Origin: Arcobacteraceae bacterium
Lineage (GTDB): Bacteria > Campylobacterota > Campylobacteria > Campylobacterales > Arcobacteraceae
Length of the DNA: 64,000 nucleotides
Reading direction: 5' to 3'
Assembly: GCA_048268245.1 (NCBI GenBank)
Contig: JBLWVX010000002.1
Location: 64,001 to 128,000, forward strand
The notes beneath the pieces were generated by a model that saw nothing but the letters and a program-made list of their open reading frames with translations, ran no database searches and was not told where the DNA came from. A program made the position numbers and the translations under genes. Every line of letters starts with the position of its first letter. Within the stretch, counting starts at the first letter, position 1. Below, one piece after another: positions 20,883 to 33,427 of this stretch.

Positions 20883-21821
20883 TTGGCAGCTTATTTAGAA
20901 TTTGAAGAGAAAATTAAAAAAATTGAAGAAGATATTATTGTAGCTAAAACAAAAGCAGACGAGCATGCAGTAGAAATCTTAGAAAAAAAACTTGAAAAAG
21001 AAGTAGAAAAAACTTTTAAAAATTTAAGTGATTATCAAAAACTTCAATTAGCTAGACATCCAGATAGACCTTACGCAATGGATTATATCAATGAACTATT
21101 AACTGATGCATACGAAATACATGGTGATAGACACTACGTAGATGATAAAGCAATTGTTTGTTATTTAGGTTATATTGATGGTCAAAAAGTTATGGTAATT
21201 GGAGAGCAAAAAGGTAGAGGAACTAAAGATAAGCTTCATAGAAACTTTGGTATGCCAAGTCCTGAAGGATATAGAAAAGCTTTAAGAGCTGCAAAACTTG
21301 CTGATAAATTTCAAATTCCTATTGTTATGTTAGTTGACACACCAGGTGCATATCCAGGAATTGGAGCTGAAGAAAGAAACCAATCAGAAGCTATTGCTAA
21401 AAACCTTTTTGAATTTGCTGATTTAACTACTCCTACAATTTCTATTGTAATTGGAGAAGGTGGTTCAGGTGGTGCATTAGCTATTTCAGTTGCTGATAAA
21501 CTAGCAATGATGAGATACTCAGTATACGCTGTAATTTCACCTGAGGGTTGTAGTGCTATTTTATGGAATGACCCTACAAAAGTAGAAACAGCAGCAAATG
21601 CTCTTAGGATCACAGCTGAAAATTTAAAAGAATTAAATCTAGTTGATGATGTAATTAATGAGCCTTTAATTGGTGCTCATAGACAAAAAGAGCAAGCAAT
21701 ACTTGCATTAAAAGAGTATGTTTTAGAATCAATAAATGAATTAAAAACTATGACAACAGCTCAAAGACACCAAAAGAAATACGAAAAACTTATGGCTCTT
21801 GGATCTTTCCAAGATAGTTAA
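20883..21821 (+). CDS. accA: Acetyl-CoA carboxylase carboxyltransferase alpha (TTG start)
   Basis: [37 protein letters not shown]. Confidence 0.98.
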   Translation: MAAYLEFEEKIKKIEEDIIVAKTKADEHAVEILEKKLEKEVEKTFKNLSDYQKLQLARHPDRPYAMDYINELLTDAYEIHGDRHYVDDKAIVCYLGYIDGQKVMVIGEQKGRGTKDKLHRNFGMPSPEGYRKALRAAKLADKFQIPIVMLVDTPGAYPGIGAEERNQSEAIAKNLFEFADLTTPTISIVIGEGGSGGALAISVADKLAMMRYSVYAVISPEGCSAILWNDPTKVETAANALRITAENLKELNLVDDVINEPLIGAHRQKEQAILALKEYVLESINELKTMTTAQRHQKKYEKLMALGSFQDS

Positions 21822-21829
21822 ATCTATTT

Positions 21830-21863
21830 AGTAAAGAAAGGGAGTTAAACTTCTTCCTTTACT
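21830..21863. terminator. Imperfect hairpin between convergent accA and HIT genes
   Basis: AGTAAAG..AAGGGAG-ttaaa-CTTCTT..CTTTACT. Confidence 0.55.
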
Positions 21864-22203
21864 TTTTTACTTGCTCACCTACTAATCTACCAGCATATTC
21901 ACCTGCTAAAATATGAAAATGTAAATGTGCAACTTCTTGCCCACCATGTTCACCAATATTAGTAATTAATCTATATCCATCTTCTTTAATATTTAATTTT
22001 GAAACAACTTTATGAATAAATTCAGTCATTTTAGCCATTAACTTTGGAGGAATTACATCAAAAGAATCATAATGCTCTTTAGGAATTACTAAAACATGAA
22101 CCTTTCTTGCTGGGTTAATATCATTGAATGCTAAAAAGTTTTCATCTTCTAAAACAGTTTGATTAGGAATCTCACCTTTTACAATCTTACAAAAAATACA
22201 CAT
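21859..22203 (-). CDS. hinT: Histidine triad (HIT/HinT) nucleotide-binding protein
   Basis: MCIFCKI start at 22203 with SD AAGGA; HVLVIPK; HLHFHIL. Confidence 0.92.
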   Translation of the reverse strand: MCIFCKIVKGEIPNQTVLEDENFLAFNDINPARKVHVLVIPKEHYDSFDVIPPKLMAKMTEFIHKVVSKLNIKEDGYRLITNIGEHGGQEVAHLHFHILAGEYAGRLVGEQVKK

Positions 22204-22328
22204 TATATTTCCTTCTAATAAAATAGTTGAAATATTATAACCAAACTCTAATAAATCTTTAAGTATAATCTCCAATTTATAGAAATGACAAGTAAATTAA
22301 AATATATAATAACTTAGGGAGCAAGTAA

Positions 22329-23321
22329 GTGAAAGAGTGGATTGAAAAAATTGAAAATGCAAACTGTCTTGAAGACTTAGAAAACCTAAGAGTAGAAACA
22401 CTTGGTAAAAAAGGTGTTTTAACTTTAGAGTTTGCAAAAATGAAAACTATTCCAAATGAAGAGAAGAAAGCTTTTGCTCAAAATCTTAATAAGCAAAAAG
22501 CACAAGTAACTGAAGCTATTGAAGCAAAGAAAGTTATCTTAGAAAAAGAAGCTTTAAATAAAAAGCTTGAAGCTGAAAAAATTGATGTAACAAAATTTAA
22601 TAATGAACTATCATGTGGTGCAACTCACCCAGTAGTTGAAACAATGAATAGAATTATTACATATTTCCAAAACTTAAACTTTGCAGTTGAGGAAGGACCA
22701 CTAGTAGAAGATGACTTCCATAATTTTGAAGCATTAAATCTACCAAAGTATCACCCAGCAAGAGATATGCAAGATACATTTTATAATAAAGACTACACTC
22801 TATTAAGAACACATACGTCTCCTGTTCAAATTAGAACTATGTTAAGTCAAAATACTCCTATTAGAATGATAGCTCCAGGAACTGTATTTAGAAGAGATTT
22901 CGATTTAACTCACACACCAATGTTTCACCAAATTGAAGCATTAGTTGTTGATGATGAAGATAAAGTATCTTTTGCAAACTTAAAGCATGTATTAGTTGAA
23001 TTTTTACATCATATGTTTGGTGATGTGGATGTTAGATTTAGACCTTCTTTCTTCCCATTTACAGAACCATCAGCAGAAGTTGATATTTCATGTGTATTCT
23101 GTAAAGGTGATGGTTGTAGAGTATGTTCGCAGACAGGATGGCTTGAAGTATTAGGTTGTGGTGTTGTTGATGAAAACGTATTCAAAGCTGTAGGTTATGA
23201 AAATAAATCAGGTTATGCATTTGGTTTAGGTGTTGAGAGATTTGCAATGTTAATTCACAATATTGGTGACTTAAGATCACTATTTGAGAGCGATATGAAA
23301 TTATTAGGACAATTTAAATGA
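22329..23321 (+). CDS. pheS: Phenylalanyl-tRNA synthetase alpha
   Basis: [37 protein letters not shown]. Confidence 0.99.
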   Translation: MKEWIEKIENANCLEDLENLRVETLGKKGVLTLEFAKMKTIPNEEKKAFAQNLNKQKAQVTEAIEAKKVILEKEALNKKLEAEKIDVTKFNNELSCGATHPVVETMNRIITYFQNLNFAVEEGPLVEDDFHNFEALNLPKYHPARDMQDTFYNKDYTLLRTHTSPVQIRTMLSQNTPIRMIAPGTVFRRDFDLTHTPMFHQIEALVVDDEDKVSFANLKHVLVEFLHHMFGDVDVRFRPSFFPFTEPSAEVDISCVFCKGDGCRVCSQTGWLEVLGCGVVDENVFKAVGYENKSGYAFGLGVERFAMLIHNIGDLRSLFESDMKLLGQFK

Positions 23322-25639
23322 TTATTACAAGAAACTGGTTACAAGAATTTATAGATATATCAAAAATATCAACTGATGATATTTGTAAAACACTAAATTC
23401 AATTGGATTAGAAGTTGATAGTGTAGAAAAAGTTTTAATAGCTCCTAAAGTTGTAGTTGGAAAAGTAACTCAAAAAGAGAAACACCCTGATGCTGATAAA
23501 TTAAATATCTGTCAAGTTGACTTAGGTGATGAACAAGTTCAAATTGTATGTGGTGCTAAAAATGTAGATGCTGGTCAATATGTACCTGTTGCAACTGTTG
23601 GATGTAACTTAGGTGGTGGTTTTAAAATTAAAAAAGCTAAACTAAGAGGTGTTGAATCAAATGGTATGATTTGTTCTTCAACTGAGATTGGTTTACCGCA
23701 GATTAATGATGGAATTTTAGTACTAGACAATTCAATTGGTGAATTAGTTTTAGGAAAAGAATTAAATGAATACAAACTTATTAATGATGATATTATTGAA
23801 ATTGAATTAACTGCAAATAAAGGTGATTGTTTAAGTATAAATGGTGTTGCTAGAGAGTTATCAGCATTTTATAACATCCCACTAAATGAGTTTGAGAAAA
23901 ATGTAAACTACAATGAGATTGGAATTGGTCAAGTTTTAGAAGTTGAGTGTGATAGTAATATTGACTCATCACTTATATATAAAGCTGTTGACTTTTCTGA
24001 CTTCAAACTTCCTGTTGTACAAAAGTTAAGAGTTGGTGCAATTGGAAAATATAATGATGAAAATGACATTCAAAATGTATTATCATATGTAACTCACTGT
24101 AATGGTGTGATTTTAAATGCATATGCAAAAGATAAAGCAGATAGTACAGATAACTTAAGCGTTCTTCATGTAAAAAAAGATGAAAAAGGCTTTGATAATG
24201 TTTATGGAAAAGAACAATTAAGTAAAATAGCAATTGTGCATGAAGAAGTAGTTCCAAGTGAGTTAAACTTTATTGTTGAAGCATCATATGTAAATCCTGA
24301 ATTATTGGCAAAACAAGTTTTTGAGACTAAGATAAAAACAGGTGATGTTTATTATAGATCTTCAAGAGGTAGTGAACCTGATATTCAATATGGAATTGAC
24401 TACTTCACAACTTTAACTTCTAAATTTGGTGCTTTAATTTATAAAGGTGCTGAGACTTTTATAGAAGATAAAGAGAAAGCTATTTTAGATGTAGATGTAA
24501 ATAAAGTAAATGCGATTATTGGACAAGATGTTCCAAAACTTGATATTGAAAGAATTCTAAACTCACTAGGATTTGAAGTAAAAGATGGTGCTAATGGTAT
24601 TTTATCTGTTAAAATTCCTTTATTTAGACATGATATTAAAAATATCGCTGATATTACAGAAGAGATTGTAAGAATAATTGGTATTGATAATATTAAATCA
24701 AAACCTTTAGCAATAGATGAAGTAAATAGAGTAAATAAAACATCTAATGATTTAGTAAAGAAAAATAAACTTAGATTTAAAGCAATTGAAAATGGTTTCT
24801 TTGAAACTTTAACTTATGTTTTCTCTTCAAGAGAGAGTTTAGAAAAATACAACTTCCCCGTTGTAAAAGAAGAACTTGACATTTTAAATCCAATTGCAAA
24901 AGAGTTAAATACTTTTAGAAGTACAATCTTACTAAACCTTGTTGAAGCTTGTTCAAATAACTTCAAAAATGGTAATAGATCAACAGCATTCTTTGAAATA
25001 GGAACTGTTTTTGATGAAAACAGAAGTGAAAGTAAAAAAATATCATTTGTTCAAACAGGAGCAAAAGAGCTTGAAGATATTTCAAATAGTGGAAAACCTT
25101 CAAATATTGACTTCTTTAGTTTTGCAAAAAAGATTTTAAATACAGTAGGAAAATTTGATTTAGAAGAGATGAGCGAAATCTCTAATAGTTTTGTTCACCC
25201 ATATCAAAATGCAAATGTAATAGTTGAAAGTAAAGTTATTGGTTATATCTCAAAACTTCACCCAAGTGTTGCAGAAGAGTATGATTTAAATGATACGTTT
25301 ATTGCTGAAATTGATTTTGATGCAATTGCAAATGATTTAATTAAAGTTGATACATACTCTAAATTTCAAGCATCTAAAAAAGATTTAAGTATTATTGCTC
25401 CAAAATCTTTAAAATATAAAGAAATTAAAGATGTTATTAATGGTATTAATGATAAAAATATCAAACAATTTAACTTAATTGATATTTACAATGATGAAAA
25501 ATTAGGTGAGAATGAAAGTTTAACAATCAGATTTGTTTTACAAAATGATGAAAAAACTTTAGAAGAAGAAGATATTACTAAATCAATGGATGGTGTTTTA
25601 AAAGCACTTGAAGAAAAATTATCAATAACAATTAGATAA
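23318..25639 (+). CDS. pheT: Phenylalanyl-tRNA synthetase beta
   Basis: [30 protein letters not shown] overlap with pheS. Confidence 0.98.
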   Translation: MIITRNWLQEFIDISKISTDDICKTLNSIGLEVDSVEKVLIAPKVVVGKVTQKEKHPDADKLNICQVDLGDEQVQIVCGAKNVDAGQYVPVATVGCNLGGGFKIKKAKLRGVESNGMICSSTEIGLPQINDGILVLDNSIGELVLGKELNEYKLINDDIIEIELTANKGDCLSINGVARELSAFYNIPLNEFEKNVNYNEIGIGQVLEVECDSNIDSSLIYKAVDFSDFKLPVVQKLRVGAIGKYNDENDIQNVLSYVTHCNGVILNAYAKDKADSTDNLSVLHVKKDEKGFDNVYGKEQLSKIAIVHEEVVPSELNFIVEASYVNPELLAKQVFETKIKTGDVYYRSSRGSEPDIQYGIDYFTTLTSKFGALIYKGAETFIEDKEKAILDVDVNKVNAIIGQDVPKLDIERILNSLGFEVKDGANGILSVKIPLFRHDIKNIADITEEIVRIIGIDNIKSKPLAIDEVNRVNKTSNDLVKKNKLRFKAIENGFFETLTYVFSSRESLEKYNFPVVKEELDILNPIAKELNTFRSTILLNLVEACSNNFKNGNRSTAFFEIGTVFDENRSESKKISFVQTGAKELEDISNSGKPSNIDFFSFAKKILNTVGKFDLEEMSEISNSFVHPYQNANVIVESKVIGYISKLHPSVAEEYDLNDTFIAEIDFDAIANDLIKVDTYSKFQASKKDLSIIAPKSLKYKEIKDVINGINDKNIKQFNLIDIYNDEKLGENESLTIRFVLQNDEKTLEEEDITKSMDGVLKALEEKLSITIR

Positions 25640-25655
25640 AAGAAAAAGGAAAAAA

Positions 25656-26933
25656 GTGAATACGTTTAATATAAAAAGGTTAAATAAGCCATTTAATGTA
25701 GAGATTGACTCAATAGCAAGTGATAAATCAATATCGCACAGATGTGCTATGTTTTCACTTTTTTCTAATAAAACTTCATATATAAAAAACTATTTAACAG
25801 CAGAAGACACACTAAATACTTTAAGTATAGTTGAACAACTTGGTGCAAAAATCAAAAGAGATGGTTCATCTGTTGAAATTACACCAACTGATACATTAAG
25901 TGAACCTACAAATGTTTTAGACTGCGGAAACTCAGGAACTGCTATGAGACTGTTTTGTGGTTTACTTGCATCTGTTGATGGAGCATTTACATTAACAGGT
26001 GATAAATATCTTCATGCAAGACCTATGAAAAGAGTTGCTGATCCACTAAGAAGTATTGGTGCAAATATTGATGGAAGAGAGAATGGAAATAAAGCCCCTT
26101 TATTTATTAGAGGAGTAAAAGAGTTAAAACCATTTACATATCACTCTCCAGTAGATTCTGCTCAAGTTAAATCAGCAATGATATTAGCAGCACTAAGAGC
26201 AGATGGTATTTCTAAATATAAAGAGAATGAATTAACAAGAGACCATACAGAAAGAATGTTAAAAGGTATGGGAGCTACTTTAGAAAATGATCAAGATGGG
26301 TTTATAAATATTCATCCTTTAAAAGGTCACTTAAAACCACTAAATATTACTGTTCCAACTGATCCATCATCAGGATTCTTTTTTGCAGTAGCAGCAGCAA
26401 TTACACCAAATGCTAGAGTGGTAATTAAAAATGTGACATTAAACCCAACAAGAGTTGAAGCATATAAAGTACTTCAAAAAATGGGTGCAGAGGTAAACTT
26501 TGTTGAAAAAGAGAATATTTATGAACCTATAGGAGATATTGAAATTAAACACAAAGAGTTAAATGGTGTAGAAGTTTCAGATAATATCTCTTGGTTAATA
26601 GATGAACTTCCAGCACTATCAATTGCGATGAGTGTAGCAAATGGAAAATCAGTAGTAAAAAATGCAAAAGAACTTAGAGTAAAAGAATCAGATAGAATTA
26701 AATCAGTAGTTACAAACCTAGAAAAATGTGGTGTTAACTATACTGAGTATGAAGATGGATATGAGATAATTGGTGGCGAAATAAAAGCTGCTACTATTGA
26801 TTCACATGGAGATCATAGAATTGCAATGAGTTTTGCAATTGCAGGAACTTTATGTGACATGCAAATAAACGATACTGATTGTATTGAGACTTCATTCCCT
26901 AATTTCAAAAAGATACTTGACTCATTATATTAA
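25656..26933 (+). CDS. aroA: EPSP synthase
   Basis: [45 protein letters not shown]. Confidence 0.98.
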   Translation: MNTFNIKRLNKPFNVEIDSIASDKSISHRCAMFSLFSNKTSYIKNYLTAEDTLNTLSIVEQLGAKIKRDGSSVEITPTDTLSEPTNVLDCGNSGTAMRLFCGLLASVDGAFTLTGDKYLHARPMKRVADPLRSIGANIDGRENGNKAPLFIRGVKELKPFTYHSPVDSAQVKSAMILAALRADGISKYKENELTRDHTERMLKGMGATLENDQDGFINIHPLKGHLKPLNITVPTDPSSGFFFAVAAAITPNARVVIKNVTLNPTRVEAYKVLQKMGAEVNFVEKENIYEPIGDIEIKHKELNGVEVSDNISWLIDELPALSIAMSVANGKSVVKNAKELRVKESDRIKSVVTNLEKCGVNYTEYEDGYEIIGGEIKAATIDSHGDHRIAMSFAIAGTLCDMQINDTDCIETSFPNFKKILDSLY

Positions 26934-27011
26934 GAACAGTATTGTTCTTAATTTTGGTTCTTAATTAATAAATATTACACCCAATTTTAGGGTAAAATTT
27001 AAGGATTAAAA

Positions 27012-27848
27012 ATGAAAGTAAAATTAGCTTCAAGCTATGGTTTTTGTTTCGGTGTAAAAAGAGCTATTAAAATAGCTGAATCATATGAAAATTCAGCAAC
27101 AATGGGTCCTCTAATTCACAATCAAGATGAAATCAATAGATTAAAAAATGATTTTAATGTAGGTTTATACCAAAACTTAAAAGAAGTAAAAGATGAAGAT
27201 ACAGTAATCATTAGAACTCATGGTATTCCTAAAAATGATCTAAAAGATTTAAAAGCACAAAAAGCAAAAGTTATTAATGCAACATGTCCATTTGTAACAA
27301 CTCCTCAACAAATAGTAAAAAAGATGTCTAAAGAGGGTTACTCTATTTTAATATTTGGAGATTCTTCACATCCAGAAGTAAAAGGTGTTAAATCATATGG
27401 TGAAGATCAAGAAGATGTTCATGTAATTATGGAAATTGATGAAATCAAAAACCTTAACTTCAAAAATAGTAAGATTGCTACAGTTGCACAAACTACAAAA
27501 AAGAAAGAAAAATATTTAGAAATAGTTAATCAGCTTATATTAAGAAACAAAGAAGTTAGAGTTTTCAATACTATATGTGATGCAACATTTGAAAATCAAG
27601 ATGCAGCAAGAGACCTTTCAAAAGAAGTTGACGTAATGGTAGTAATTGGAGGAAAAAACTCTTCAAATACAAAGCAATTACACTCTATTTGTAAAGAAAA
27701 TTGTGAAGATTCTTACTTAATAGAAAACCATCAAGAGATTGAAGATTCGTGGTTTAAAGACAAAAAACTTTGTGGTGTAACAGCAGGTGCAAGTACTCCA
27801 GATTGGATTATTCAAGAGGTCGTAGACAAAATAGAAAAAATTAACTAG
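27012..27848 (+). CDS. ispH: 4-hydroxy-3-methylbut-2-enyl diphosphate reductase
   Basis: GFCFGVKRA, ATCPFV, TICDAT, SSNT, TAGASTP. Confidence 0.98.
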   Translation: MKVKLASSYGFCFGVKRAIKIAESYENSATMGPLIHNQDEINRLKNDFNVGLYQNLKEVKDEDTVIIRTHGIPKNDLKDLKAQKAKVINATCPFVTTPQQIVKKMSKEGYSILIFGDSSHPEVKGVKSYGEDQEDVHVIMEIDEIKNLNFKNSKIATVAQTTKKKEKYLEIVNQLILRNKEVRVFNTICDATFENQDAARDLSKEVDVMVVIGGKNSSNTKQLHSICKENCEDSYLIENHQEIEDSWFKDKKLCGVTAGASTPDWIIQEVVDKIEKIN

Positions 27849-27914
27849 AGAATTTAAGCATCAATTCTGTATAATAGTCCCATTTAATTAAAACGGTAAA
27901 TATGAAGGAATAAA

Positions 27915-29567
27915 ATGGGTATCGAAGATATTGATTTAGGTGAAGACTTTGATTTTGAGCAAATGCTTAATGAGTCTTTCGAGAATGCTGAAAACAACTC
28001 TGTAGTTGATGGTGTAATTGTTGAAATCTCTGGTGAGAGAGTTCTAGTTGATGTTGGTCAAAAAATTGAAGGTCAGTTAAATGTTTCTGATATTACAATT
28101 GGTGGCGAAGTTAAGTATAAAGAGGGTGATACTATCCCTGTAATGCTTATGGGAAGCAGAGGTGAAAGACCTAATATCTCTCATAAGAAAGTTTTACAAA
28201 AAGAAAAGTTTGATGCATTTGTAGCTAAACATGGTGAAAATGTTGAAGACGTAACAATTGAAGGTAAAGTAATCTCTGTTAAAAACAGAGGTGGATTTAT
28301 CATCGAAGATGAAGAAGGTTGTGAATACTTCATGCCTATGGCTCAATCTTACTTAAAAGCTCATGGAGCAGTTGGTAAGAAAGTTAAAGCTAAAGTATTA
28401 AAAGTTAATACTGCACAAAACTCTATCATTGTTTCTAGAAAAAAATTAATTGAAGAAGCAAAAGCTGAAAAAGACAACAAAGTAGCTGAAATTTTAGAAA
28501 GTGGTGAGCCTGTAAATGGTATCATTAAAAAAATCACTTCTTACGGTATGTTTGTAGATTTAGGTGGAATTGATGGTTTAGTTAACTACAATGAAATTTC
28601 ATACAAAGGTCCTGTAAATCCAGCTAACTACTACAACGAAGGTGATGAAGTAACTGTAGTTGTATTATCTTACGATAAAGCAAAACAACACTTATCATTA
28701 TCTATCAAAGCTGCATTAGCAAATCCATGGGAAGAAATTAAAGATGAATTAGAAGTTGGTGACACAATTACAGTTACTGTTTCTAACTTTGAATCTTACG
28801 GTGCATTTGTTGACTTAGGAAATGACATTGAAGGTTTATTACATATTTCTGAAATTTCATGGAATAAAAACGTTAAAAACCCAAAAGAGTTATTAACTTT
28901 AGGTGAAGAAGTTAACGTTGAAGTAATCGAATTAGATGTAGATAAAAAAAGATTAAGAGTTTCATTAAAGAACTTACAAGAAAAACCTTTCTCTAAATTC
29001 ACAAAAGACCACAAAGTTGGTGATGTAGTAACTGGAAACATTGCAACTTTAACTGATTTTGGTGCATTTGTTACTATTGGAGAAGTAGATGGATTATTAC
29101 ATAATGAAGAGGCTTCATGGGAGTCTAATGCAAAATGTAAATCTTTATACAAAAAAGGTGATGAAGTTCAAGTTAAGATTATCAAAATTGATAGAGAAAA
29201 AGAAAACATTTCATTATCAATTAAAGAAATTGCTGAATCTCCTGCTAAAAAATTCCAAAATGAACACAAAGTTGGTGACATTGTAAAAGGTGCTGTTAAA
29301 GATGCAAAAGACTTTGGTATCTTTATTAAGTTAGAAGATAACTTAGACGGACTTATTAGAAATGAAGATTTTGGACCACTAGAGGCTGAAGAAGTTAAGA
29401 ATGGTGATGAAATCGAAGCAGTAGTAGTAAATATTGATACTAAAAGAAATAGAGTTAGATTATCTGTTAAAAGATTAGAGCAACAACAAGAAAGAGAAGT
29501 TCTAAAAGCAGTTAATGATGATTCATCTATGACTTTAGGTGATTTACTAAAAGATCAAATCAAATAA
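27915..29567 (+). CDS. rpsA: 30S ribosomal protein S1
   Basis: Repeated S1 domains (YGAFVDLG..GLLHISE). Confidence 0.97.
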   Translation: MGIEDIDLGEDFDFEQMLNESFENAENNSVVDGVIVEISGERVLVDVGQKIEGQLNVSDITIGGEVKYKEGDTIPVMLMGSRGERPNISHKKVLQKEKFDAFVAKHGENVEDVTIEGKVISVKNRGGFIIEDEEGCEYFMPMAQSYLKAHGAVGKKVKAKVLKVNTAQNSIIVSRKKLIEEAKAEKDNKVAEILESGEPVNGIIKKITSYGMFVDLGGIDGLVNYNEISYKGPVNPANYYNEGDEVTVVVLSYDKAKQHLSLSIKAALANPWEEIKDELEVGDTITVTVSNFESYGAFVDLGNDIEGLLHISEISWNKNVKNPKELLTLGEEVNVEVIELDVDKKRLRVSLKNLQEKPFSKFTKDHKVGDVVTGNIATLTDFGAFVTIGEVDGLLHNEEASWESNAKCKSLYKKGDEVQVKIIKIDREKENISLSIKEIAESPAKKFQNEHKVGDIVKGAVKDAKDFGIFIKLEDNLDGLIRNEDFGPLEAEEVKNGDEIEAVVVNIDTKRNRVRLSVKRLEQQQEREVLKAVNDDSSMTLGDLLKDQIK

Positions 29568-29583
29568 TTAGGATTTATTTAAA

Positions 29584-31167
29584 ATGAGTAAACACACAAT
29601 CGTAGTTTGTGACCATATACATGAAGATGGTTTAAACATCTTACAAAACACTGATGATGTAAACTATGTATATGCCGCAGATATAGATAAAACAGAACTT
29701 TTAAATGTAATAAAAGACGCAGAAGTAGTGATCACTAGATCATCTACTGATGTTGATGAAAAATTTTTAGATGCAGCACAAAACTTAAAAGCTATCATTA
29801 GAGCTGGTGTTGGGTATGATAATGTTGATATTGAAGGATGTAGTAAAAGAGGAATTATCGCAATGAACGTTCCTACTGCAAATACAATAGCAGCTGTTGA
29901 ATTAACAATGGCACATATGTTATCTTGTATGAGAAAATTCCCATACGCTCACAACCAATTAAAACAAGATAGAATCTGGAAAAGAGAAGATTGGTATGGA
30001 AATGAACTTTATGGTAAAAAACTTGGTGTTATTGGATTTGGTAACATTGGACATAGAGTTGCATTAAGAGCTAAATCATTTGAAATGGACGTAGTAACAT
30101 ACGACCCATACATTCCTTCAACAAAAGCAACTGATTTAGGTATTTCATACACAACTAATTTTGATGATATTTTAGATTGTGACATCATTACAATACATAC
30201 ACCAAAAAATCAAGAAACACTTGATATGATTGGTGAAGAGCAAATTGCTAAAATGAAAGATGGTGTGATTTTAATTAACTGTGCAAGAGGTGGATTATAC
30301 AATGAAGAAGCTCTTGCTAATAACTTAAAATCAGGAAAAATTGCTATGGCTGGTATTGATGTATTTATCAAAGAGCCTGCAACAGATCATCCATTATTAG
30401 ATTTACCAAATGTAACAGTAACTGCACACTTAGGTGCAAATACTAAAGAATCTCAAAAGAAAATTGCTACTCAAGCTGCTGAAAACGCAATTGAATCAGC
30501 AAGAGGAATTGCATATCCTAATGCTTTAAACTTACCTATTGATGAGAGTAAGATTCCTACTTTTGTAAAACCATATATTGAACTAACTCAAAAAATGGCA
30601 TTTTTAATTGCACAAAATGACAAAAGTGAAATTAGATCTATAAATGTATCTGCTGAAGGTGAAATTTCAGAATATTTAGATTCACTTCAAACTTTTGCAA
30701 CAGTTGGTGCTTTATCAGTAGCTTCTGGAGATGAAATTAATTATGTAAATGCTAACTTTATTGCTGAAGAAAAAGGTATTGAACTTACAACTTCAGAATT
30801 TTCTGCTCATAGTGGATACCAAAATAAAGTTTCAGTAAAAATCACTACTTCAAATGGAGTTCAAACAATTTGTGGAACTGTATTTAATGAAGATGTACAA
30901 AGAATTATTGATATCAATAACTTCTCATTAGACATTGAACCAAAAGGTAAAATGATTATTATGAGAAATAATGATGTTCCTGGTGTAATTGGACAAGTAG
31001 GTTCAATTTTAGCTCAAGAAAATATCAATATTGCAGACTTTAGATTATCAAGAGGAAAAGATGGTGCATTAGCAGTTATCTTAGTTGATGAAAAAGTTTG
31101 TATGAATACAATAAATAAACTTGAAGAGCTTGAAGCAGCTATTTCTGTTTCTTATGCTGAAATTTAA
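29584..31167 (+). CDS. serA: D-3-phosphoglycerate dehydrogenase (type I with ASB/ACT)
   Basis: RAGVGYDNVD, GFGNIG, NCARGG, HLGANT, C-terminal ACT. Confidence 0.97.
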   Translation: MSKHTIVVCDHIHEDGLNILQNTDDVNYVYAADIDKTELLNVIKDAEVVITRSSTDVDEKFLDAAQNLKAIIRAGVGYDNVDIEGCSKRGIIAMNVPTANTIAAVELTMAHMLSCMRKFPYAHNQLKQDRIWKREDWYGNELYGKKLGVIGFGNIGHRVALRAKSFEMDVVTYDPYIPSTKATDLGISYTTNFDDILDCDIITIHTPKNQETLDMIGEEQIAKMKDGVILINCARGGLYNEEALANNLKSGKIAMAGIDVFIKEPATDHPLLDLPNVTVTAHLGANTKESQKKIATQAAENAIESARGIAYPNALNLPIDESKIPTFVKPYIELTQKMAFLIAQNDKSEIRSINVSAEGEISEYLDSLQTFATVGALSVASGDEINYVNANFIAEEKGIELTTSEFSAHSGYQNKVSVKITTSNGVQTICGTVFNEDVQRIIDINNFSLDIEPKGKMIIMRNNDVPGVIGQVGSILAQENINIADFRLSRGKDGALAVILVDEKVCMNTINKLEELEAAISVSYAEI

Positions 31168-31176
31168 GGAGTAGTT

Positions 31177-31737
31177 ATGGCAATTGGAATGAGTGAATTA
31201 AAAAAAGGAATGAAAATCGAATTAGATGGTGTTCCTTATAAAATTACTGAATACCAACATGTAAAACCTGGTAAAGGTGCTGCATTTGTTAGATGTAAAA
31301 TCAAATCATTTTTAAATGGAAAAGTTATTGAAAAAACTTTCCATGCAGGTGATAAATGTGAAACTCCTGATTTACAACAAAACCAAATGCAATTCTTATA
31401 TGATGATGGTGAAATGCTTCAATTCATGGACACTAACACATATGAGCAAATTGGTTTAACTTACGAGCAAGTAGGTGATGCTGAAAAATGGATTATTGAT
31501 GGAATGAATGTTGATATGATGTTCTTTAATGGTAAAGCTATTACTGTTGAACCACCAATGACTGTTGAATTAAAAATTGTAGAAACTCCACCTAACTTTA
31601 AAGGTGATTCTCAAGGTGGTAGAAAACCTGCTACTTTAGAATCTGGAGCTGTTGTGCAGATTCCATTTCACTTAATCGAAGGTGACATTATTAAATGTGA
31701 CACAAGAACAGGTGAGTACTTAGAAAAAGTTAAATAA
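31177..31737 (+). CDS. efp: Elongation factor P
   Basis: [25 protein letters not shown]. Confidence 0.99.
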   Translation: MAIGMSELKKGMKIELDGVPYKITEYQHVKPGKGAAFVRCKIKSFLNGKVIEKTFHAGDKCETPDLQQNQMQFLYDDGEMLQFMDTNTYEQIGLTYEQVGDAEKWIIDGMNVDMMFFNGKAITVEPPMTVELKIVETPPNFKGDSQGGRKPATLESGAVVQIPFHLIEGDIIKCDTRTGEYLEKVK

Positions 31738-31861
31738 AAAGGCAAAGCTTTATCGTAGAAATTCTGCGATATTGCTCCTTTTCTTTCCCTCACTTACATC
31801 TGTAAGCTCCCTCAATAAAAGAAACACTATCTTGTTTTCTCCAACAAATCTTTACCTTTTA
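31735..31861. repeat. ERIC/IRU-like ~127-bp imperfect palindromic element (candidate MITE)
   Basis: Terminal IR 13/15 (31737-31751 vs 31846-31860); central TCACTTAC-atct-GTAAGCTCC at 31790-31810 matches the ERIC core. Confidence 0.65.
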
Positions 31862-31877
31862 AAGTATTAAAAAAAAG

Positions 31878-32894
31878 CTAAGCAGAAATCTTTCGCTTTA
31901 AGAAGATAATCTTTTCTTCACCTATATAATTTTCGTGAACAATTTCAAAATCTATATCTATATCATTTAAAGCATTTAAACCTTTTCTTATTTTTGGATT
32001 TACTAATAAAACAATATAGTCTAATCTATCTTTTAAAGTATCTAATAAATTATATGCTCCCTCAACCATAACAAACTTATAATCAAGCAGTTTAAACAAA
32101 TCATCACTAATATGTACTTTTCTATTGGGTATTTTAAATAAAGGAATATTTGTATCGAATACTTTATTCTTACTGTAAATAAAAATATCAGGAGCACGTC
32201 CTGCAATATATCTTGCATCTAATGTTGGTTTATCAGTTCGAACTGTATTTCCACCTATTAGCATTAAGTCAATTTTATCTCTCAGTGTATGTACATATGC
32301 TTTAGCTGCATTTGATGAAATACTACCATCTATACTTCCATTTAATGTCTGAGCCATTTTATAAAATATGAATGTTCCACTATTCCACTTTAAAAATGGA
32401 TATAAAAGCTCATAAGCCTCTTTTTTCATACATCCTATATCTATATCTATATTTGCATTTTTAAGAGTCTCACAGCCTCCCTTTGCTATGTTATTTAAAT
32501 CTTCATGCGCTACTATTACTTTTTTAGGTTTAACTTCTTTTAATAGGTTTGCACATGCAGGTGTTTTACCTTCATGATTACAAGGTTCGAGTGTTACATA
32601 AATCGTACAATCATTAAAAAAACCATTGTGGTTTTTTATAAGATAATCATGTATTTGCTTTGAGCTTCTCTTAGTTTTTAAAATATCATTTGGATGGTAT
32701 TTTAAAAAAGCAGCTTTAAGTGCATTCACTTCTGCATGAGCCATACCTGCTTCTTTATGTGCTTCAATGGCTAATATTTCGCTTTCACCTTTAACAACAA
32801 CACATCCAACAGCAGGATTAGGGAATGTGATAAATTGATATTTCCATGCTTCATCAATTGCTAGTTTCATAAAAAAGTTATCATTAATTTTCAT
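31878..32894 (-). CDS. ribD: Riboflavin biosynthesis deaminase/reductase
   Basis: PNPAVGC, HAE, TLEPCNH.GKTPAC, GGNTVRTD.P.L. Confidence 0.96.
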   Translation of the reverse strand: MKINDNFFMKLAIDEAWKYQFITFPNPAVGCVVVKGESEILAIEAHKEAGMAHAEVNALKAAFLKYHPNDILKTKRSSKQIHDYLIKNHNGFFNDCTIYVTLEPCNHEGKTPACANLLKEVKPKKVIVAHEDLNNIAKGGCETLKNANIDIDIGCMKKEAYELLYPFLKWNSGTFIFYKMAQTLNGSIDGSISSNAAKAYVHTLRDKIDLMLIGGNTVRTDKPTLDARYIAGRAPDIFIYSKNKVFDTNIPLFKIPNRKVHISDDLFKLLDYKFVMVEGAYNLLDTLKDRLDYIVLLVNPKIRKGLNALNDIDIDFEIVHENYIGEEKIIFLKRKISA

Positions 32895-32998
32895 ATTTTA
32901 CTTCCAATAATTGTTTATATTTAAATGAAGTATATATTAAGAAGGCTAAATAAATAGTTAGTTTAATTTTGTAGAAAATAGTAATAGATTAAAATCTA

Positions 32999-33427
32999 TT
33001 ACCATTCAAAATAAGTAGATGCAGAAAGAATTGAATCATATTCAACTTCTTCTTCACCAAATTCAGTTTTTAAAAGTATTTTTTCATCATCTGCACTTAA
33101 AAGTTCACCCTTGTAAACTTCTGTTGCAATATCTTTTATTTTTACTTTATCACCTATTGAAGCTTTAAAGTGTTCTTTTGTTTTTAGTTTTCTTTCAATT
33201 CCAGGCGAGCTTACTTCTAAGTTATAAACTCCACTCATTGGTTCTTCAACATCTAGAATAGGTGAAATCATTCTTGAAATTTCAGCACATTTATCTAAAT
33301 TTATACCACCTTTAGCAGTAACATAAACTCTATAAATATTTCTGTCATTCTCTTTTGTAGTTACAATATCATAAAGTTGAGCATCTAAACTCTCAACAGC
33401 TAATTTAATTGATTCTTCTAAACTCAT
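32999..33427 (-). CDS. rimP: Ribosome maturation factor
   Basis: [19 protein letters not shown]. Confidence 0.96.
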   Translation of the reverse strand: MSLEESIKLAVESLDAQLYDIVTTKENDRNIYRVYVTAKGGINLDKCAEISRMISPILDVEEPMSGVYNLEVSSPGIERKLKTKEHFKASIGDKVKIKDIATEVYKGELLSADDEKILLKTEFGEEEVEYDSILSASTYFEW

